From: a virus
Direction: 5' to 3' (one strand)
UHGV virus genome: UHGV-0060833
Length of the DNA: 64,000 bases
Position numbers and translations under genes: made by a program. Positions 21,930-35,843 of the stretch are shown piece by piece. Each line of letters begins with the position of its first letter. Position 1 is the stretch's first letter. Under the pieces are notes generated by a model. That model was not told the origin of the DNA. It was given only the letters and a program-made list of their open reading frames with translations, and made no database searches.

Positions 21930-22436
21930 TTGAGTATTTTCAATAAACACGCACACCAGGAACGTCCGTATATCGTCATAGTCGATATTGATGGAACAAT
22001 ATCAGAGGCAACTGAAGACAGACTGCATTTGCTTCCGCCACCAGGTAAAGGTGCATTAACAAAGGACTGGAACGAGTTTAATCTCGCCTGTGACACCGAT
22101 ACTCCCATCACTCCAGTTATTGATATGGTGCGCCAGTTATTTAACGTTTACACGGTCTGGTTTGTAACCGGGCGCTGTGAGATCGCAAGGGATAAAACAC
22201 GAGCTTGGCTGCGGAAATACGTAACAAACGGGGCTGAGCCTTTGCTATCTATGCGTCCTGCCACCGATGACAGAAATGACGGCCCAGCAAAGATTGATCT
22301 CCTTAAGAAAATTGGTCTAAGTAAAATCGCGTTCGCGCTGGAAGATAAGATTGAAGTGGCGCGTGTTTTCAGGAGTCACGGCGTACTTACGTTAATGGTC
22401 AGGGAGTATGAAAACGCGCTTCTCCATCAACAATAA
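21930..22436 (+). CDS. HAD-superfamily phosphatase-like protein
   Basis: IVIVDIDGTI HAD motif I (DxDGT). Confidence 0.55.
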   Translation: MSIFNKHAHQERPYIVIVDIDGTISEATEDRLHLLPPPGKGALTKDWNEFNLACDTDTPITPVIDMVRQLFNVYTVWFVTGRCEIARDKTRAWLRKYVTNGAEPLLSMRPATDDRNDGPAKIDLLKKIGLSKIAFALEDKIEVARVFRSHGVLTLMVREYENALLHQQ

Positions 22437-22452
22437 TTGCTCTAATAAATCT
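22436..22452 (+). promoter_or_regulatory. C1 operator-like site
   Basis: ATTGCTCTAATAAATCT overlapping the stop of the HAD-like gene. Confidence 0.7.
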
Positions 22453-22700
22453 TGATTTTTAAAACAGAGAAAGTGAAAATAAAAACATGCCGCAAGGCGC
22501 GGCATGTATCCAATCAATCACTGGAGCTGAAAATATGAACACGGCATTCAAAATCATTATGGCCACGATCTATTTCTGGCTGTTCTCTATCACTTTTGGC
22601 GGCATCGTCGCGCATGGGTAAGGGGAGTATATTAGCCATTTGGAACCCCACGATCTCTTGCGGGTTTAATAAAGAACCCGCAAGAAAAACACGAATTGGG

Positions 22701-25700
22701 CTATATTTTTCCGCCTACCCCTTTAAACTTCTCAATAAACGAGACGATTTTCTGGAAAACTGCCTGTTTTTTCGTTTTATATTGCGGATTCAACGGACTA
22801 AGTTTTGGTAATGTTTCGTTTAATTCTGTGCCATTTTCGGTGGCGTATTCGCGTTTTAAAGACGTGCGAATATAGCGTTTTGCTGCTTCTTCATTGAGAT
22901 TTTCTTCTTTTATCAATGCTTCTGCCTCACGTTGCTGTTCGCGTTGAGCAAACGTAAAGAATGCGTCAATGATGCTGGCTTTGTCCGGTAAGTCATCCAG
23001 GTTCGTTTGCTGAATAAAGTCGATCACCAGGCCCTCTTTAGCACGGTTCCCCAGGCTTGAACGAATTAAGCGTTTGACCTCTTCGATCATTTCGCCTTTG
23101 CCTTTATTTTGTCTGTTGTGTTCGAAAATCAGTCCAAGGATATAATCCAGGTTTATTTCCTGAGACTTCAACAAATCGACCTCAAAAACTACGTCATCCC
23201 AGTCAGTGGTTGATTTATCTTTTTTCTCAGCTTCTTTCTCACGGCGCTGCCAGTCACGAATATCGTTATAGGCAGAACGATAATCCTGAATCTTGCGTTC
23301 AGCAGGGAGACGAATCATTTGCAATTCAGCGAACTTTTCATCATCCACATAATGTTCTGCTTTGAATTTTTCTACCGCAACAGGATCGCTAAGATCGATT
23401 TGTTGCAGGGCTTTCAGCGTGGCAAATTCATCATAGTTTTGCAGGATGTTCTCGGCACGCAGGTATTCACCAAACAGTTTAACGAAGTCTTTCTTCTCTT
23501 TTTCACTTTCAATACTGGCAGGGTCAGGGAACCGTTGTTCCAGTTCTGAAACTATTGCCATAAAGCCGCGCTTAGCTTCACCAGTGGCAGCATCAGTAAA
23601 GCCTTCCATATACTCTGCATAACTCTTTTCTAACACCACATTTTTGGTATTTTTATCACCAAACAGCGTTATGGCATCAATGGTTGAGCGTTCCAGATCC
23701 CGGAAAGTGACGATGTTACCGAAGGTTTTAGTAGCGTCATAAATGCGGTTTGTGCGGGAGAATGCCTGCATCAGGCCGTGAAAACGCAAGTTTTTATCGA
23801 CGAATAGCGTGTTCAATGTTGGAGCGTCGAAGCCGGTTAAAAACATCCCAACGACAATTAACAGATCGATATCCTGATTTTTAACCCGTTGGGCTAAATC
23901 ACGATAGTAGTTCTGAAAACCGTTACTGTCGGTGCTGAAGTTAGTTTTAAAATAGCTGTTATACTCACGAATTGCAGCGTCAAGAAACTCTTTAGCACTG
24001 CTGTCCATTGCGCTGGTATCAAAAGTTTCATCGGAAATTTCACCAATGGCATTTTGTTCTTCATTGGCGGCAAAGGAGAAGATTGTTGCAACACGCAGCG
24101 GTTTATAGGTAGCCGATTTATTAGCTGCTTCCTCTTGTAACCGTTTAAACGTCGCGTAATAGGCTTTCGCGGCATCCACGCTACTCACTGCCAGCATGGC
24201 ATTAAAGCCTTTGGAACCTGGGAAAGTACGGTGGGTCTTCTGGCGGAAGTTATTCAGAATATATTGCGTAATTTCCTGTATACGCATGGGATGAAGAAAC
24301 GCCTGCTGATTTTCAGCCGCACTCAGTTTTTTCTCGTCAGTTTCTGTCTCTAAAGACTTAAACTGTGGCCGCACATCGTTGTAGTCCACCTTGAATTTGA
24401 GCACTTTTTCGTCACGAATCGCATCGGTAATTACATACGAATGCAATTCACGACCAAATACGCTGGCGGTTGTTTCTGAGCCTAAGGCGTTTTCCGGGAA
24501 AATAGGGGTGCCGGTAAAACCAAACTGATAATAGCGTTTGAATTTCTTCTTCAGGTTTTTCTGCGCTTCTCCAAACTGGCTGCGGTGGCATTCATCAAAT
24601 ATAAACACCACTTGCTGATTATATACAGGCAGGTCGCTTTCTGCTTTCATCAGGTTATTGAGTTTCTGAATAGTAGTGACGATAATTTTGTTATCGTCCT
24701 TATCCAGATTTCGTTTAAGGCCTGCGGTATTTTCCGAGCCGTTGACGCTGTCTGGCGAAAAACGCTGATATTCCTTCATGGTCTGGTAATCGAGGTCTTT
24801 CCTGTCGACCACGAAGAAGACTTTATCAATAAAGTCCAGCTCTGTTGCCAGACGCGCGGCTTTAAAGCTGGTCAGGGTTTTACCGGAACCCGTGGTGTGC
24901 CAGATATACCCACCGCTTTCCGGTTTTGACCAGTTCTTCGCTGTAAAGGAGCTCTTAATTTTCCACAGAATGCGCTCGGTGGCAGCAATCTGGTACGGTC
25001 GCATCACCAGTAGCGTCTGACTACTGTCAAAAACGCTGTAGTTCACCAGAACATTCAGCAGAGTATGTTTCTGGAAAAAGGTGGCGGTAAAGTCTTTGAG
25101 GTCTTTAATCAGCGTGTTGTCTGATTTCGCCCAATTCATGGTGAAGTCAAAACTGTTTTTATCGCGCTTTGTGGTGTTGGCAAAGTAACGGGTATCGGTG
25201 CCGTTAGAAATGACAAACAGTTGCAGATACTTAAACAGGGAATTTTCGCTGTTAAAACTCTCTTTGCTGTAACGATGTATCTGGTTGAAGGCCTCACGAA
25301 TCGCTACACCGCGTTTTTTCAATTCAATTTGTACCAGCGGCAGGCCATTGACCAGAATGGTGACATCGTAGCGATTGGCGTGAGAGCCTGCCTGTTCAAA
25401 CTGCTGGATAATCTGCACTTTATTGCGCATGAGATTCTTTTTATCTATCAAATAGATGTTCTCAAGACGCCCGTCATCAAAAATAAAGTCGCAAATATAA
25501 TCGATATGGATTTTACGGGTCTTATCCAGAATACCATCACTCGGGTTGTCCAGATACTGCTCCGTGAAACGCCGCCACTCGCTGTCATTAAACACCACAC
25601 CATTGAGGTTCTGAAGCTGTTCCCGAACATTGGCCAGCATCGCTGACTGTGATTTTACGGATATAAATTCATAGCCCTGATTTCGCAGGTCCTGAATCAG

Positions 25701-25817
25701 TTCCCGTTCCAGGTCCGATTCGCTCTGATAGCTGTCGCCTGTTTGCTCAGCTTTGATGTACTTATCAAGAACGATAAAGTTATTGGATTCAGCAATGGTG
25801 TGTGTTTGATGAGTCAT
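22701..25817 (-). CDS. hsdR: Type I restriction enzyme R subunit
   Basis: 1038 aa; SF2 helicase motifs TTGSGKTLT and [10 protein letters not shown]. Confidence 0.9.
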   Translation of the reverse strand: MTHQTHTIAESNNFIVLDKYIKAEQTGDSYQSESDLERELIQDLRNQGYEFISVKSQSAMLANVREQLQNLNGVVFNDSEWRRFTEQYLDNPSDGILDKTRKIHIDYICDFIFDDGRLENIYLIDKKNLMRNKVQIIQQFEQAGSHANRYDVTILVNGLPLVQIELKKRGVAIREAFNQIHRYSKESFNSENSLFKYLQLFVISNGTDTRYFANTTKRDKNSFDFTMNWAKSDNTLIKDLKDFTATFFQKHTLLNVLVNYSVFDSSQTLLVMRPYQIAATERILWKIKSSFTAKNWSKPESGGYIWHTTGSGKTLTSFKAARLATELDFIDKVFFVVDRKDLDYQTMKEYQRFSPDSVNGSENTAGLKRNLDKDDNKIIVTTIQKLNNLMKAESDLPVYNQQVVFIFDECHRSQFGEAQKNLKKKFKRYYQFGFTGTPIFPENALGSETTASVFGRELHSYVITDAIRDEKVLKFKVDYNDVRPQFKSLETETDEKKLSAAENQQAFLHPMRIQEITQYILNNFRQKTHRTFPGSKGFNAMLAVSSVDAAKAYYATFKRLQEEAANKSATYKPLRVATIFSFAANEEQNAIGEISDETFDTSAMDSSAKEFLDAAIREYNSYFKTNFSTDSNGFQNYYRDLAQRVKNQDIDLLIVVGMFLTGFDAPTLNTLFVDKNLRFHGLMQAFSRTNRIYDATKTFGNIVTFRDLERSTIDAITLFGDKNTKNVVLEKSYAEYMEGFTDAATGEAKRGFMAIVSELEQRFPDPASIESEKEKKDFVKLFGEYLRAENILQNYDEFATLKALQQIDLSDPVAVEKFKAEHYVDDEKFAELQMIRLPAERKIQDYRSAYNDIRDWQRREKEAEKKDKSTTDWDDVVFEVDLLKSQEINLDYILGLIFEHNRQNKGKGEMIEEVKRLIRSSLGNRAKEGLVIDFIQQTNLDDLPDKASIIDAFFTFAQREQQREAEALIKEENLNEEAAKRYIRTSLKREYATENGTELNETLPKLSPLNPQYKTKKQAVFQKIVSFIEKFKGVGGKI

Positions 25818-25938
25818 AGCGCATCCTTTGTGCCGTCTGGCAAGGGCCGGAAGGGCGTTAATGGTGACTTCCAGCGTGTAAAAAATAGTCTATATACTGA
25901 CCGGGTGTTAAGGTGGCCCGGTCGGTAGCAATGGTCAA

Positions 25939-27143
<1,205 letters not shown>

Positions 27144-27147
<4 letters not shown>

Positions 27148-28706
27148 TTCTGCACCTCGCAGCCTTCAATTTCAGCCACAATCGCATCAATATCTTTGCG
27201 CAATTGGTCGATTTTGCTGACGGTGGTTTTCAGTTCGGCATTCAGTTCAGTGATATCTACAACTTCGCGGGTATCTTTGGCTTCCACATAGCTGCTTACC
27301 GACAGGTTATAGTCATTCGCGACAACAGTCTCAAACGCAACAGATTTCGCCAGATGAGCAACATCTTCCTTGCTGGCAAATACCTGCATAATTTTTTCTA
27401 TATGGGCATCGGTCAGGATATTGTTGTTAGTCTCTTTTTTGAACAGTTCGCTGGCGTCAATAAACTGAACGTTGGTATCCGTTTTATGTTTAGACAGAAC
27501 CAGAATGTTTACGGCAATGGTGGTGCCAAAGAACAGGTTCGGTGCCAGTGAAATCACGGTTTCGACATAGTTATTGTCGACCAGATACTGACGGATTTTC
27601 TGCTCCGCGCCGCCACGGTAAAAAATGCCCGGGAAGCAGACAATCGCAGCACGACCTTTGGCAGAAAGATAGTTCAGCGCATGTAATACAAACGCAAAGT
27701 CAGCTTTGGATTTGGGGGCCAGAACGCCAGCCGGGGCAAAACGTTCATCGTTAATCAGCGTCGGGTCATCGCTGCCAATCCATTTCACCGAATACGGCGG
27801 GTTAGAAACGATGGCATCAAACGGTTTTTCATCTCTGAAGTGCGGCTCAGTCAGCGTATTGCCCAGCTTGATATCAAACTTGTCGTAGTTGATGTTGTGC
27901 AAAAACATGTTCATACGCGCCAGGTTATAGGTCGTATGGTTGATTTCCTGACCAAAAAAACCTTCTTCGATGATATGGTTATCAAACTGTTTTTTCGCCT
28001 GCAACAACAGCGAACCGGAACCTGCTGCCGGGTCGTAGATTTTGTTAACGTGGGCCTGGCCGTGCATTGCCAGTTGTGCAATCAGCTTAGAGACGTGCTG
28101 CGGTGTAAAGAACTCGCCGCCTGACTTACCGGCATTCGCGGCATAGTTAGAAATCAGGAACTCATAGGCATCGCCGAACAGGTCAATCTGATGTTCGTTA
28201 AAGTCGCCAAGCTTTAACCCTTCAACCCCTTTCAGAACCGCGGCCAGGCGGGCATTTTTATCCTTAACGGTGTTACCCAGGCGGTTACTGGTGGTATCGA
28301 AATCAGCAAACAAACCTTTGATGTCAGCTTCTGAAGGGTAACCGTAAGCAGAACTTTCGATAGCAACGAAGATGCTGTTTAAATCCGCATTCAGTCTGTC
28401 ATTGGTATTTGCTTTCGCAGCTACGTTGCAGAAAAGCTGACTGGGGTAGATGAAGTAGCCTTTAGTTTTGATGGCATCGTCTTTAATGTCATCAGTAATT
28501 ACGCTGTCATCCAGTTTCGCATAACAGATACTGTCATCACCGGCTTCCATATGGCTGGAAAAATTTTCGCTGATAAAACGGTAGAAAAGTGCGCCCAGAA
28601 CGTATTGCTTAAAATCCCATCCATCGACCGAACCCCTGACATCGTTAGCAATTTGCCAGATTTGACGATGAAGCTCTGCACGTTGTTGAATACTTGTCAT
28701 TTTCAT
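27144..28706 (-). CDS. hsdM: Type I restriction-modification N6-adenine methyltransferase subunit
   Basis: 520 aa; [11 protein letters not shown] (motif I) and [11 protein letters not shown] (NPPY). Confidence 0.9.
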
Positions 28707-28852
28707 CCACTTATTTCAGGCTTATGTAATTGGCGGTGATTCTACAGCAACTTGGATGCTTTAGCAGTTCGGACATTAGGCTACGAATGATCTGCCTAGA
28801 GGTTTGTTAAGCCGCAAAGTGCTGGTGCTTTATGCCTGTGAAGTTTATAATT

Positions 28853-28873
28853 GTGTACACATAACGAGTACAC
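28853..28873 (+). promoter_or_regulatory. phd-doc operator (two GTGTACAC / GTACAC half-palindromes)
   Basis: TTGTGTACACATAACGAGTACACGAG immediately upstream of phd. Confidence 0.65.
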
Positions 28874-28882
28874 GAGGTGTTT

Positions 28883-29104
28883 ATGCAATCCATTAACTTC
28901 CGTACCGCGCGCGGCAACCTTTCTGAAGTGCTCAACAATGTTGAAGCCGGGGAAGAGGTTGAAATCACCCGCAGAGGCCGTGAGCCAGCAGTAATTGTCA
29001 GCAAGGCTACTTTCGAAGCCTACAAAAAAGCGGCGCTGGATGCTGAATTTGCATCCCTGTTTGACACCCTGGACTCCACCAACAAGGAACTGGTTAACCG
29101 ATAA
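28883..29104 (+). CDS. phd: Antitoxin Phd
   Basis: [73 protein letters not shown], recognised as P1 Phd; ORF track starts at upstream GTG. Confidence 0.9.
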
Positions 29105-29484
29105 TGAGGCATATATCACCGGAAGAACTTATTGCGCTTCATGATGCGAATATAAGCCGCTACGGCGGCCTGCCGGGAATGTCAGATCCGGGTAGGGCAG
29201 AGGCCATTATCGGGAGAGTTCAGGCCAGAGTTGCCTACGAAGAGATCACCGACCTTTTCGAAGTCTCCGCCACCTACCTGGTGGCTACAGCGAGAGGGCA
29301 TATATTCAATGATGCCAATAAGCGTACTGCGCTAAACAGTGCGCTGCTATTTCTACGCCGTAACGGGGTGCAGGTATTTGATTCACCTGAACTGGCAGAC
29401 CTTACTGTAGGCGCTGCAACTGGCGAGATATCTGTATCTTCTGTCGCCGACACGTTACGTAGATTGTATGGTTCTGCGGAGTAG
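29104..29484 (+). CDS. doc: Toxin Doc (Fic-fold kinase)
   Basis: 126 aa; start overlaps phd stop (TAATG); [10 protein letters not shown] Fic/Doc motif. Confidence 0.9.
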
Positions 29485-29488
29485 ATTA

Positions 29489-29668
29489 ATGGCACGCAAA
29501 TACAACAAATTGTCCCGTGAAGCGTTAAAGATGCTTCTTGATGGCGTGAGTCGCCGCAAGGTAAAGCAATACCTGGTTGGTAAGCAAATTGGTGCCAGGA
29601 CCGCTATTGCTGTGTTATGCCGTCAGGAAATGGTTGTGCTTAAACAGAGAATGCCGGGCAGCAGATAA
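29489..29668 (+). CDS. Small basic protein downstream of doc
   Basis: MARKYNKLSREALKMLLDG...; start inferred at ATG inside ORF 29468..29668. Confidence 0.35.
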   Translation: MARKYNKLSREALKMLLDGVSRRKVKQYLVGKQIGARTAIAVLCRQEMVVLKQRMPGSR

Positions 29669-29695
29669 AGCCCAATCAGTGATGAAAGGTGTGAT

Positions 29696-30739
29696 GTGAA
29701 AGCCGTAATTACTCCCTTTGTACAAAAAGAGCTTGGCGTCGCCACATTCAAAGTGGATCAGGAAGTCAGAAAGCTGGTGGAGGCTGGCCGTAAATTTATT
29801 ATGGAGCCGGTGCCGCGTGAGTTAATCGAGCACATGGACGACGGCCTCGTTGTTTCCGAGCAAACTATGGCAACAAATGAGGCGTTGCAGCCGTTTTTTA
29901 ACAGCGATGAACTGTTTCGCCGTATTGGTGGAATTGACGCGCTGGTGGCGTGGTTGCGCAGGAAAGAGGGGCAATGCCAGGCCGCAGATCGTAGCTGGTG
30001 TGACAACCATATTGTCCACGCAGAACGAGACAATAGCGCGGTGTTGTTGTGCTGGCATCACGATAACCATTACCGGATGCGTGGTTTTAATGAGCTGAAA
30101 GTAACGCTGCATAATAATCGCGTTAACTGGATACTGGATGTCGCCCGTCAGGAAATGGGGCTTTCAGATGGCCATGATTTAAGTATTCAGGAACTGTGCT
30201 GGTGGGCTTTCATGCGCAACATGATGCACCTGATGCCGGAAGAAGTTTGCCGTATATCAATAAATAAGATGAAAGCCGCAACGCAGGATAGCGGGCCTCT
30301 GAAAGAGGCGGATATTCGCCCGTATGACGATCGCGCTACAGCATATGTTCAGATGATGGAAGAACGCGCCGCGCCGATGCGAGCAAAAGTATGCCCTGTG
30401 GATGTTGACTCCGACCCTGGCATGGCGCATTTCAAAATACCAAAACTGCAATCGCTAAAATTACCTGAGTACATGGACTTTGTTGCTTCCCGTCCATGCT
30501 GTGGGTGTGGAGCTGCGGGAGCTGGCGCTCACATTACGCCTTATATCGTTCGTCATAGTCGATTATGCGCGCATGACATTTATGCGATTCCTCTGTGTCA
30601 GTCATGCCAGCGTGATATTGAGCGTGACCGCGATAATTGGGAGAAAACACACGGCAGGCTGGCGATGCATCAACGATTGTTCTTTGATTACGCGCTTGGA
30701 GTCGGCGCTATCACAAGTCATTCGTCGAGCGTTAGATAA
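29696..30739 (+). CDS. Hypothetical Cys/His-rich protein (P1 pdcB position)
   Basis: 347 aa; [13 protein letters not shown] and C-terminal [37 protein letters not shown] cluster. Confidence 0.55.
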   Translation: MKAVITPFVQKELGVATFKVDQEVRKLVEAGRKFIMEPVPRELIEHMDDGLVVSEQTMATNEALQPFFNSDELFRRIGGIDALVAWLRRKEGQCQAADRSWCDNHIVHAERDNSAVLLCWHHDNHYRMRGFNELKVTLHNNRVNWILDVARQEMGLSDGHDLSIQELCWWAFMRNMMHLMPEEVCRISINKMKAATQDSGPLKEADIRPYDDRATAYVQMMEERAAPMRAKVCPVDVDSDPGMAHFKIPKLQSLKLPEYMDFVASRPCCGCGAAGAGAHITPYIVRHSRLCAHDIYAIPLCQSCQRDIERDRDNWEKTHGRLAMHQRLFFDYALGVGAITSHSSSVR

Positions 30740-30740
30740 A

Positions 30741-30757
30741 ATTGCTCTAATGTGTTG
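30741..30757 (+). promoter_or_regulatory. C1 operator-like site upstream of lpa
   Basis: ATTGCTCTAATGTGTTG, first 11 positions match consensus. Confidence 0.5.
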
Positions 30758-30827
30758 CTATTTCTTTAATCGAGGGTATTATATTCCACGTTGATTAGTT
30801 GACATGGGCTAATCAGTAGGTGACAGG

Positions 30828-31280
30828 ATGTTACTTAACTGGCAGGGACGCCACTTCATGGAAATAAACCACTCACGAATAACATCGTATGAGATTGCGG
30901 ATTACATGATCCGCACTAAATCTCTTCTATCAGCGAAAGAACTCGCAGCAATTCTTGAAAAGGAATACCCGCATCTGGATGTCGATAAGCGCGATGTTTA
31001 TCTGCGCTTAAAGGCTATCGCTGTGTCTAAGTATTCGTCTGTTTTGATTGATGACAGTACACGCCCACGTAGATTTCAGATCCACTCTCTGAATCCTGAA
31101 TTCTTTCGCCGCAGCCGCGCTCCGCGCCGGTTTGATGAAAAACTCCAGAATGAACTCTATATGACGCAGGACGAAAAGGAACGCCGGGAGCACCAGCCTT
31201 GGGTAATGGCGCGTCAACTTTTCAATAAGGTGGCCCGTCAGCACCGTCATTACGGTAATGCCACATCCGCACGTATCTGA
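30828..31280 (+). CDS. lpa: Late promoter activator-like protein
   Basis: 150-aa ORF immediately upstream of pacA, preceded by an operator-like site; name by position. Confidence 0.55.
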   Translation: MLLNWQGRHFMEINHSRITSYEIADYMIRTKSLLSAKELAAILEKEYPHLDVDKRDVYLRLKAIAVSKYSSVLIDDSTRPRRFQIHSLNPEFFRRSRAPRRFDEKLQNELYMTQDEKERREHQPWVMARQLFNKVARQHRHYGNATSARI

Positions 31281-31365
31281 TTGATTGCTTGCCCGTTCCG
31301 GGCCTTTTGACATGTGACTTTCGTTACCCTCGCGTCAAAAAGAGTTTTTACGAAAGGAAGCATAA

Positions 31366-32559
31366 GTGACCTGGGACGATCACAAGAAGAATTTTGCTCG
31401 CCTGGCGCGAGATGGTGGTTACACCATCGCACAGTATGCCGCCGAGTTTAATCTTAACCCTAATACCGCACGTCGTTATCTCCGTGCCTTCAAAGAAGAC
31501 ACCAGGACTGCGGACAGCCGCAAGCCAAATAAGCCAGTCAGGAAGCCACTAAAAAGCATGATCATTGATCACTCTAATGATCAACATGCAGGTGATCATA
31601 TTGCGGCTGAAATAGCGGAAAAACAAAGAGTTAATGCTGTTGTCAGTGCCGCAGTCGAGAACGCTAAGCGCCAAAATAAGCGCATAAATGATCGTTCAGA
31701 TGATCATGACGTGATCACCCGTGCCCACCGGACCTTACGTGATCGCCTGGAACGCGACACCCTGGATGATGATGGTGAACGCTTTGAATTCGAAGCTGGC
31801 GATTACCTGATAGATAACGTTGAAGCGCGGAAGGCCGCGCGCGCTATGTTGCGTCGTTCCGGAGCTGATGTTCTGGAAACCACTCTTCTGGAAAAGTCTC
31901 TTTCTCATCTCCTTATGCTGGAGAACGCCCGGGATACGTGTATTCGCCTGGTGCAGGAAATGCGCGATCAGCAAAAAGACGATGATGAAGGTACTCCGCC
32001 TGAATACCGTATCGCGAGCATGCTAAACAGCTGTTCCGCGCAGATAAGCAGCCTGATCAACACCATTTACAGCATCCGGAATAACTATCGAAAAGAAAGC
32101 CGGGAGGCGGAAAAGCACGCTTTGTCTATGGGGCAAGCTGGCATTGTTAAGCTGGCATACGAACGAAAGCGTGAAAATAACTGGTCAGTGCTGGAAGCGG
32201 CTGAATTCATCGAGGCGCATGGAGGGAAAGTGCCGCCCCTGATGCTGGAGCAAATCAAAGCCGATCTGCGTGCTCCTAAGACAAATGCCGATGATGAGGA
32301 AAGGCAAACTGCCGTCGGTGGCCCTTCTCTTGAAGATCTGGACAAAGTTGCGCGAGAACGGGCCGCCAGCCGCCGCGCTGATGCCGCATTGTGGATTGAG
32401 CATCGTAGAGAAGAAATTGCCGATATCGTCGATACAGGTGGTTATGGTGATGTCGATGCGGAAGGCATATCAAACGAAGCATGGCTTGAACAGGAGCTGG
32501 ACGAAGACGAGGAGGAAGACGAAGAAGTTACCCGCAAACTGTACGGGGATGATGATTAA
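31366..32559 (+). CDS. pacA: Terminase small subunit PacA
   Basis: GTG start with AAGGAAG RBS; [39 protein letters not shown]...; contains the pac site; acidic C-terminus. Confidence 0.85.
31560..31716 (+). other. pac packaging site: 4 + 3 GATC-containing hexanucleotide elements flanking the cleavage region
   Basis: GATC at 31560, 31567, 31579, 31593 (left) and 31690, 31702, 31713 (right), each within TGATCA-like hexamers, inside pacA. Confidence 0.8.
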
Positions 32560-34043
32560 TGGCCAGAAGTTGCGTAACGGACCCACGTTGGCGCGAGCTG
32601 GTGGCGCTATATCGTTATGACTGGATTGCGGCCGCTGATGTGTTGTTTGGGAAGACACCAACCTGGCAGCAGGATGAGATCATTGAGTCCACGCAGCAGG
32701 ACGGCAGTTGGACAAGTGTGACCTCCGGCCATGGTACTGGTAAATCGGATATGACGAGTATCATTGCAATACTCTTCATCATGTTTTTCCCCGGCGCTCG
32801 CGTCATTCTGGTCGCTAACAAAAGACAGCAAGTCCTTGATGGTATTTTCAAATACATAAAGAGCAATTGGGCTACTGCTGTTAGCAGATTCCCGTGGTTG
32901 TCGAAGTATTTCATTCTTACAGAAACGTCTTTTTTTGAGGTGACTGGCAAGGGTGTTTGGACAATATTGATAAAGTCCTGTCGCCCCGGAAATGAGGAGG
33001 CGTTGGCTGGTGAACACGCCGATCATCTCTTGTATATCATCGACGAAGCGTCGGGTGTGAGTGATAAAGCATTCAGTGTGATAACAGGTGCGCTGACCGG
33101 TAAGGATAACCGTATTCTGCTTCTTTCCCAGCCTACGCGACCTTCAGGCTATTTCTACGATTCACACCACAGACTAGCTATTCGCCCGGGAAATCCTGAT
33201 GGATTGTTTACTGCGATAATACTGAATAGTGAAGAATCTCCGCTTGTAGATGCAAAATTTATACGAGCAAAACTTGCGGAGTATGGCGGTCGTGATAACC
33301 CCATGTACATGATCAAAGTACGTGGTGAATTTCCCAAATCTCAAGATGGCTTTCTTCTTGGTCGTGATGAGGTTGAGCGGGCGACGCGGCGAAAGGTCAA
33401 GATTGCCAAAGGATGGGGCTGGGTTGCATGTGTTGACGTTGCTGGTGGCACAGGACGAGATAAGTCCGTTATTAATATCATGATGGTGTCCGGCCAGCGA
33501 AATAAACGCCGTGTAATCAACTATCGTATGCTGGAATACACAGACGTTACAGAAACGCAGTTAGCCGCCAAGATTTTCGCAGAATGTAACCCAGAACGGT
33601 TCCCGAACATAACCATAGCTATTGATGGCGATGGCTTGGGGAAATCGACGGCTGATCTAATGTACGAACGCTATGGCATTACCGTCCAGCGTATCCGCTG
33701 GGGTAAAAAGATGCACAGCCGTGAAGATAAAAGCCTTTATTTCGATATGCGCGCTTTCGCGAATATTCAGGCGGCAGAAGCTGTAAAATCAGGGCGTATG
33801 CGGCTTGATAAGGGGGCTGCGACTATAGAGGAAGCATCAAAGATACCGGTAGGGATAAATTCCGCAGGTCAATGGAAGGTGATGTCAAAGGAAGATATGA
33901 AGAAAAAACTCAACCTGCACTCACCGGACCATTGGGATACATATTGTTTCGCTATGTTGGCGAACTATGTTCCCCAAGATGAAGTGCTTAGCGTCGAAGA
34001 CGAAGCGCAGGTTGATGAAGCTCTGGCATGGCTTAATGAATAA
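32559..34043 (+). CDS. pacB: Terminase large subunit PacB
   Basis: 494 aa; start overlaps pacA stop; position and size as P1 PacB. Confidence 0.8.
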
Positions 34044-34068
34044 CAATTTGACCATGCCGGATGGAAAA

Positions 34069-34920
34069 CTATTGCGCGCTTTCGGGGTTGCTGTTTACTG
34101 GCTGCCCCTTCTTAGTTTTACGGCTGCGCGTAACTGATGCGGCTGATTTGACCTTTTTCTCTTCGCGAGTGATGGCAATTTGTTTTTTTACATTTTCAAT
34201 ATCTGCCAGGCGATATATTTTTGCCTGCGGCCAGCGGTCGCAGATGATCGGTTCTATAGAGTCATAAAGGCTAAATTTTGCTTTCTCGAATTCACCGTTG
34301 ATGATGATTCCATCACGGAGAGTTTCATCGCAGATAAACACACCACACAGCGGCACATGGTAACTAACTGATTTACCATCATTGTAGTTAGGGCTACTGG
34401 AAATGTAATGGACGCGCAACATTGTTTCGCTAAAGCCGTGTACACGCATACGGAATTTTTCATCCTCCGGGTACTGCTTCATTAGCTCTTTTGTTGCTTC
34501 CAGGTTCTCTATGTATTTCGCACTGTGCTCATTGATCCCCGCGCTTTTCTGGATGCGAATGTCCTTATCAATCAGATGAATAATGCGGCCAGCGGTCATG
34601 TTGACGCTGTTCACAGCTTCTGTCTGATAAGTAGTAACCTTACGCACACCGCGAAGGATGTTAGGCACTGGATATAAAATAGTCTTTGGGATATTGAGGT
34701 CTGGGTACTGTTCCAGTTCCCGCGCCATTAAAGTCCATTTATCAATTTCAGCCTGAATGCTGTCCGTTTCTTTGAACGGCAGAACGACAACCGGGCGAAC
34801 AGGACGACCGTCGCTGGCGGCATCAACGTGTTGGGCGCGTGCAACAGCTTTTTTTAGAAAGAGATCCCTGAAGCTGACGAACTCCTGGTACAGTTGTTCG
34901 CCGTAGACATAATTTATCAT
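34069..34920 (-). CDS. c1: C1 repressor of lysis
   Basis: 283 aa; MINYVYGEQLYQEFVSFRDLFLKKAVARAQHVDAASDGRPVRPVV... recognised as P1 C1. Confidence 0.9.
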   Translation of the reverse strand: MINYVYGEQLYQEFVSFRDLFLKKAVARAQHVDAASDGRPVRPVVVLPFKETDSIQAEIDKWTLMARELEQYPDLNIPKTILYPVPNILRGVRKVTTYQTEAVNSVNMTAGRIIHLIDKDIRIQKSAGINEHSAKYIENLEATKELMKQYPEDEKFRMRVHGFSETMLRVHYISSSPNYNDGKSVSYHVPLCGVFICDETLRDGIIINGEFEKAKFSLYDSIEPIICDRWPQAKIYRLADIENVKKQIAITREEKKVKSAASVTRSRKTKKGQPVNSNPESAQ

Positions 34921-35013
34921 TGATCCTCCTCCAGAATTGACATGGCCAACAACTCACAGCGGATTACACTGGGAGTTGTTGACCACCATTATAGAAGGAT
35001 CCAACGAAAATAA

Positions 35014-35030
35014 TAGATTTATTAGTGCAT
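35014..35030 (-). promoter_or_regulatory. C1 operator-like site between coi and c1
   Basis: Reverse complement ATGCACTAATAAATCTA, 14/17. Confidence 0.55.
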
Positions 35031-35240
35031 TTATTGTGAGTCTGGCTGGTTAGTGGCCATGAGATATTCGATTGTGTCAGTGAGATCATCCAGGTCGTCT
35101 TGGGTGATGCGGTACTCCTGATTGGATATCTTTGAGTAGTGTTCAGCAATGGCGCGGGCAGCGTCGGTTTCGGCGGGGTCTACAGATAAAGCGTTAGAGC
35201 AATGTCTAACGTCGTCGATGGTTGGTGGAATGAAAGCCAT
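35031..35240 (-). CDS. coi: C1 inactivator Coi
   Basis: 69 aa, MAFIPPTIDDVRHCSNALSVDPAETDAARAIAEHYSKISNQEYRITQDDLDDLTDTIEYLMATNQPDSQ; immediately upstream of c1. Confidence 0.8.
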   Translation of the reverse strand: MAFIPPTIDDVRHCSNALSVDPAETDAARAIAEHYSKISNQEYRITQDDLDDLTDTIEYLMATNQPDSQ

Positions 35241-35477
35241 AATTATGCCTCACTGTATTGACAACACAGAGCCTGAAGCTCTGACCTACTGTTTCACCCA
35301 TGATCCATGCTGGGGTAATCTAACAACATTGCGCTGTGTGTAAGATGAGCAATGCATAGCTGTAATGCCGTTGTATAAGGTTTCCCTGTTTGCTCATTTC
35401 CTTCTGAGCCGCTCTACAACGCTGAAGACACATTAAATAGTGAATCCAAAGTCGTATTACGAAACGGCGGCAAAACT

Positions 35478-35494
35478 ATAATTTATTAGAGCAA
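35478..35494 (-). promoter_or_regulatory. C1 operator (immC control region)
   Basis: Reverse complement ATTGCTCTAATAAATTA, 16/17. Confidence 0.75.
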
Positions 35495-35561
35495 TTGTCA
35501 AACAACTATGAAAAACAATCCAGTTTTTGGCTGGTGGAGTGGGATTTTTCTCTCAAAATTT

Positions 35562-35578
35562 ATTGCTCTAATAATTCT
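35562..35578 (+). promoter_or_regulatory. C1 operator (immC control region)
   Basis: ATTGCTCTAATAATTCT. Confidence 0.7.
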
Positions 35579-35621
35579 TGATTTTTATGCGCAGCTGGAC
35601 GTAAACTCCTCTTCAGACCTA

Positions 35622-35655
35622 ATAACTTCGTATAGCATACATTATACGAAGTTAT
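35622..35655. other. loxP site-specific recombination site
   Basis: Exact ATAACTTCGTATA-GCATACAT-TATACGAAGTTAT. Confidence 0.98.
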
Positions 35656-35843
35656 CTTAAGGGTTATTGAACATGATCAATTTACCTGTAAATCCATACA
35701 GTTCAATACATTACAGGTCAAATAGTGATCACTTGATCATTTGATCAAGGTTGCGCTACGTAAAATCTGCGAAATGTTGGCAGTGTTAGTGCTCCAGATT
35801 TCGCGTAGCGCACTTAGCACCACCAATCAATCAGAGGTGAAAA

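Noticed and set aside
22535-22621. 28-aa hydrophobic micro-ORF (MNTAFKIIMATIYFWLFSITFGGIVAHG) downstream of hsdR
   Set aside because: Too short and without clear RBS or conservation evidence; noted but not annotated.
29758-30451. Several 64-96-aa ORFs within and antisense to the 347-aa gene 29696..30739
   Set aside because: Nested in or antisense to a longer, better-supported ORF.
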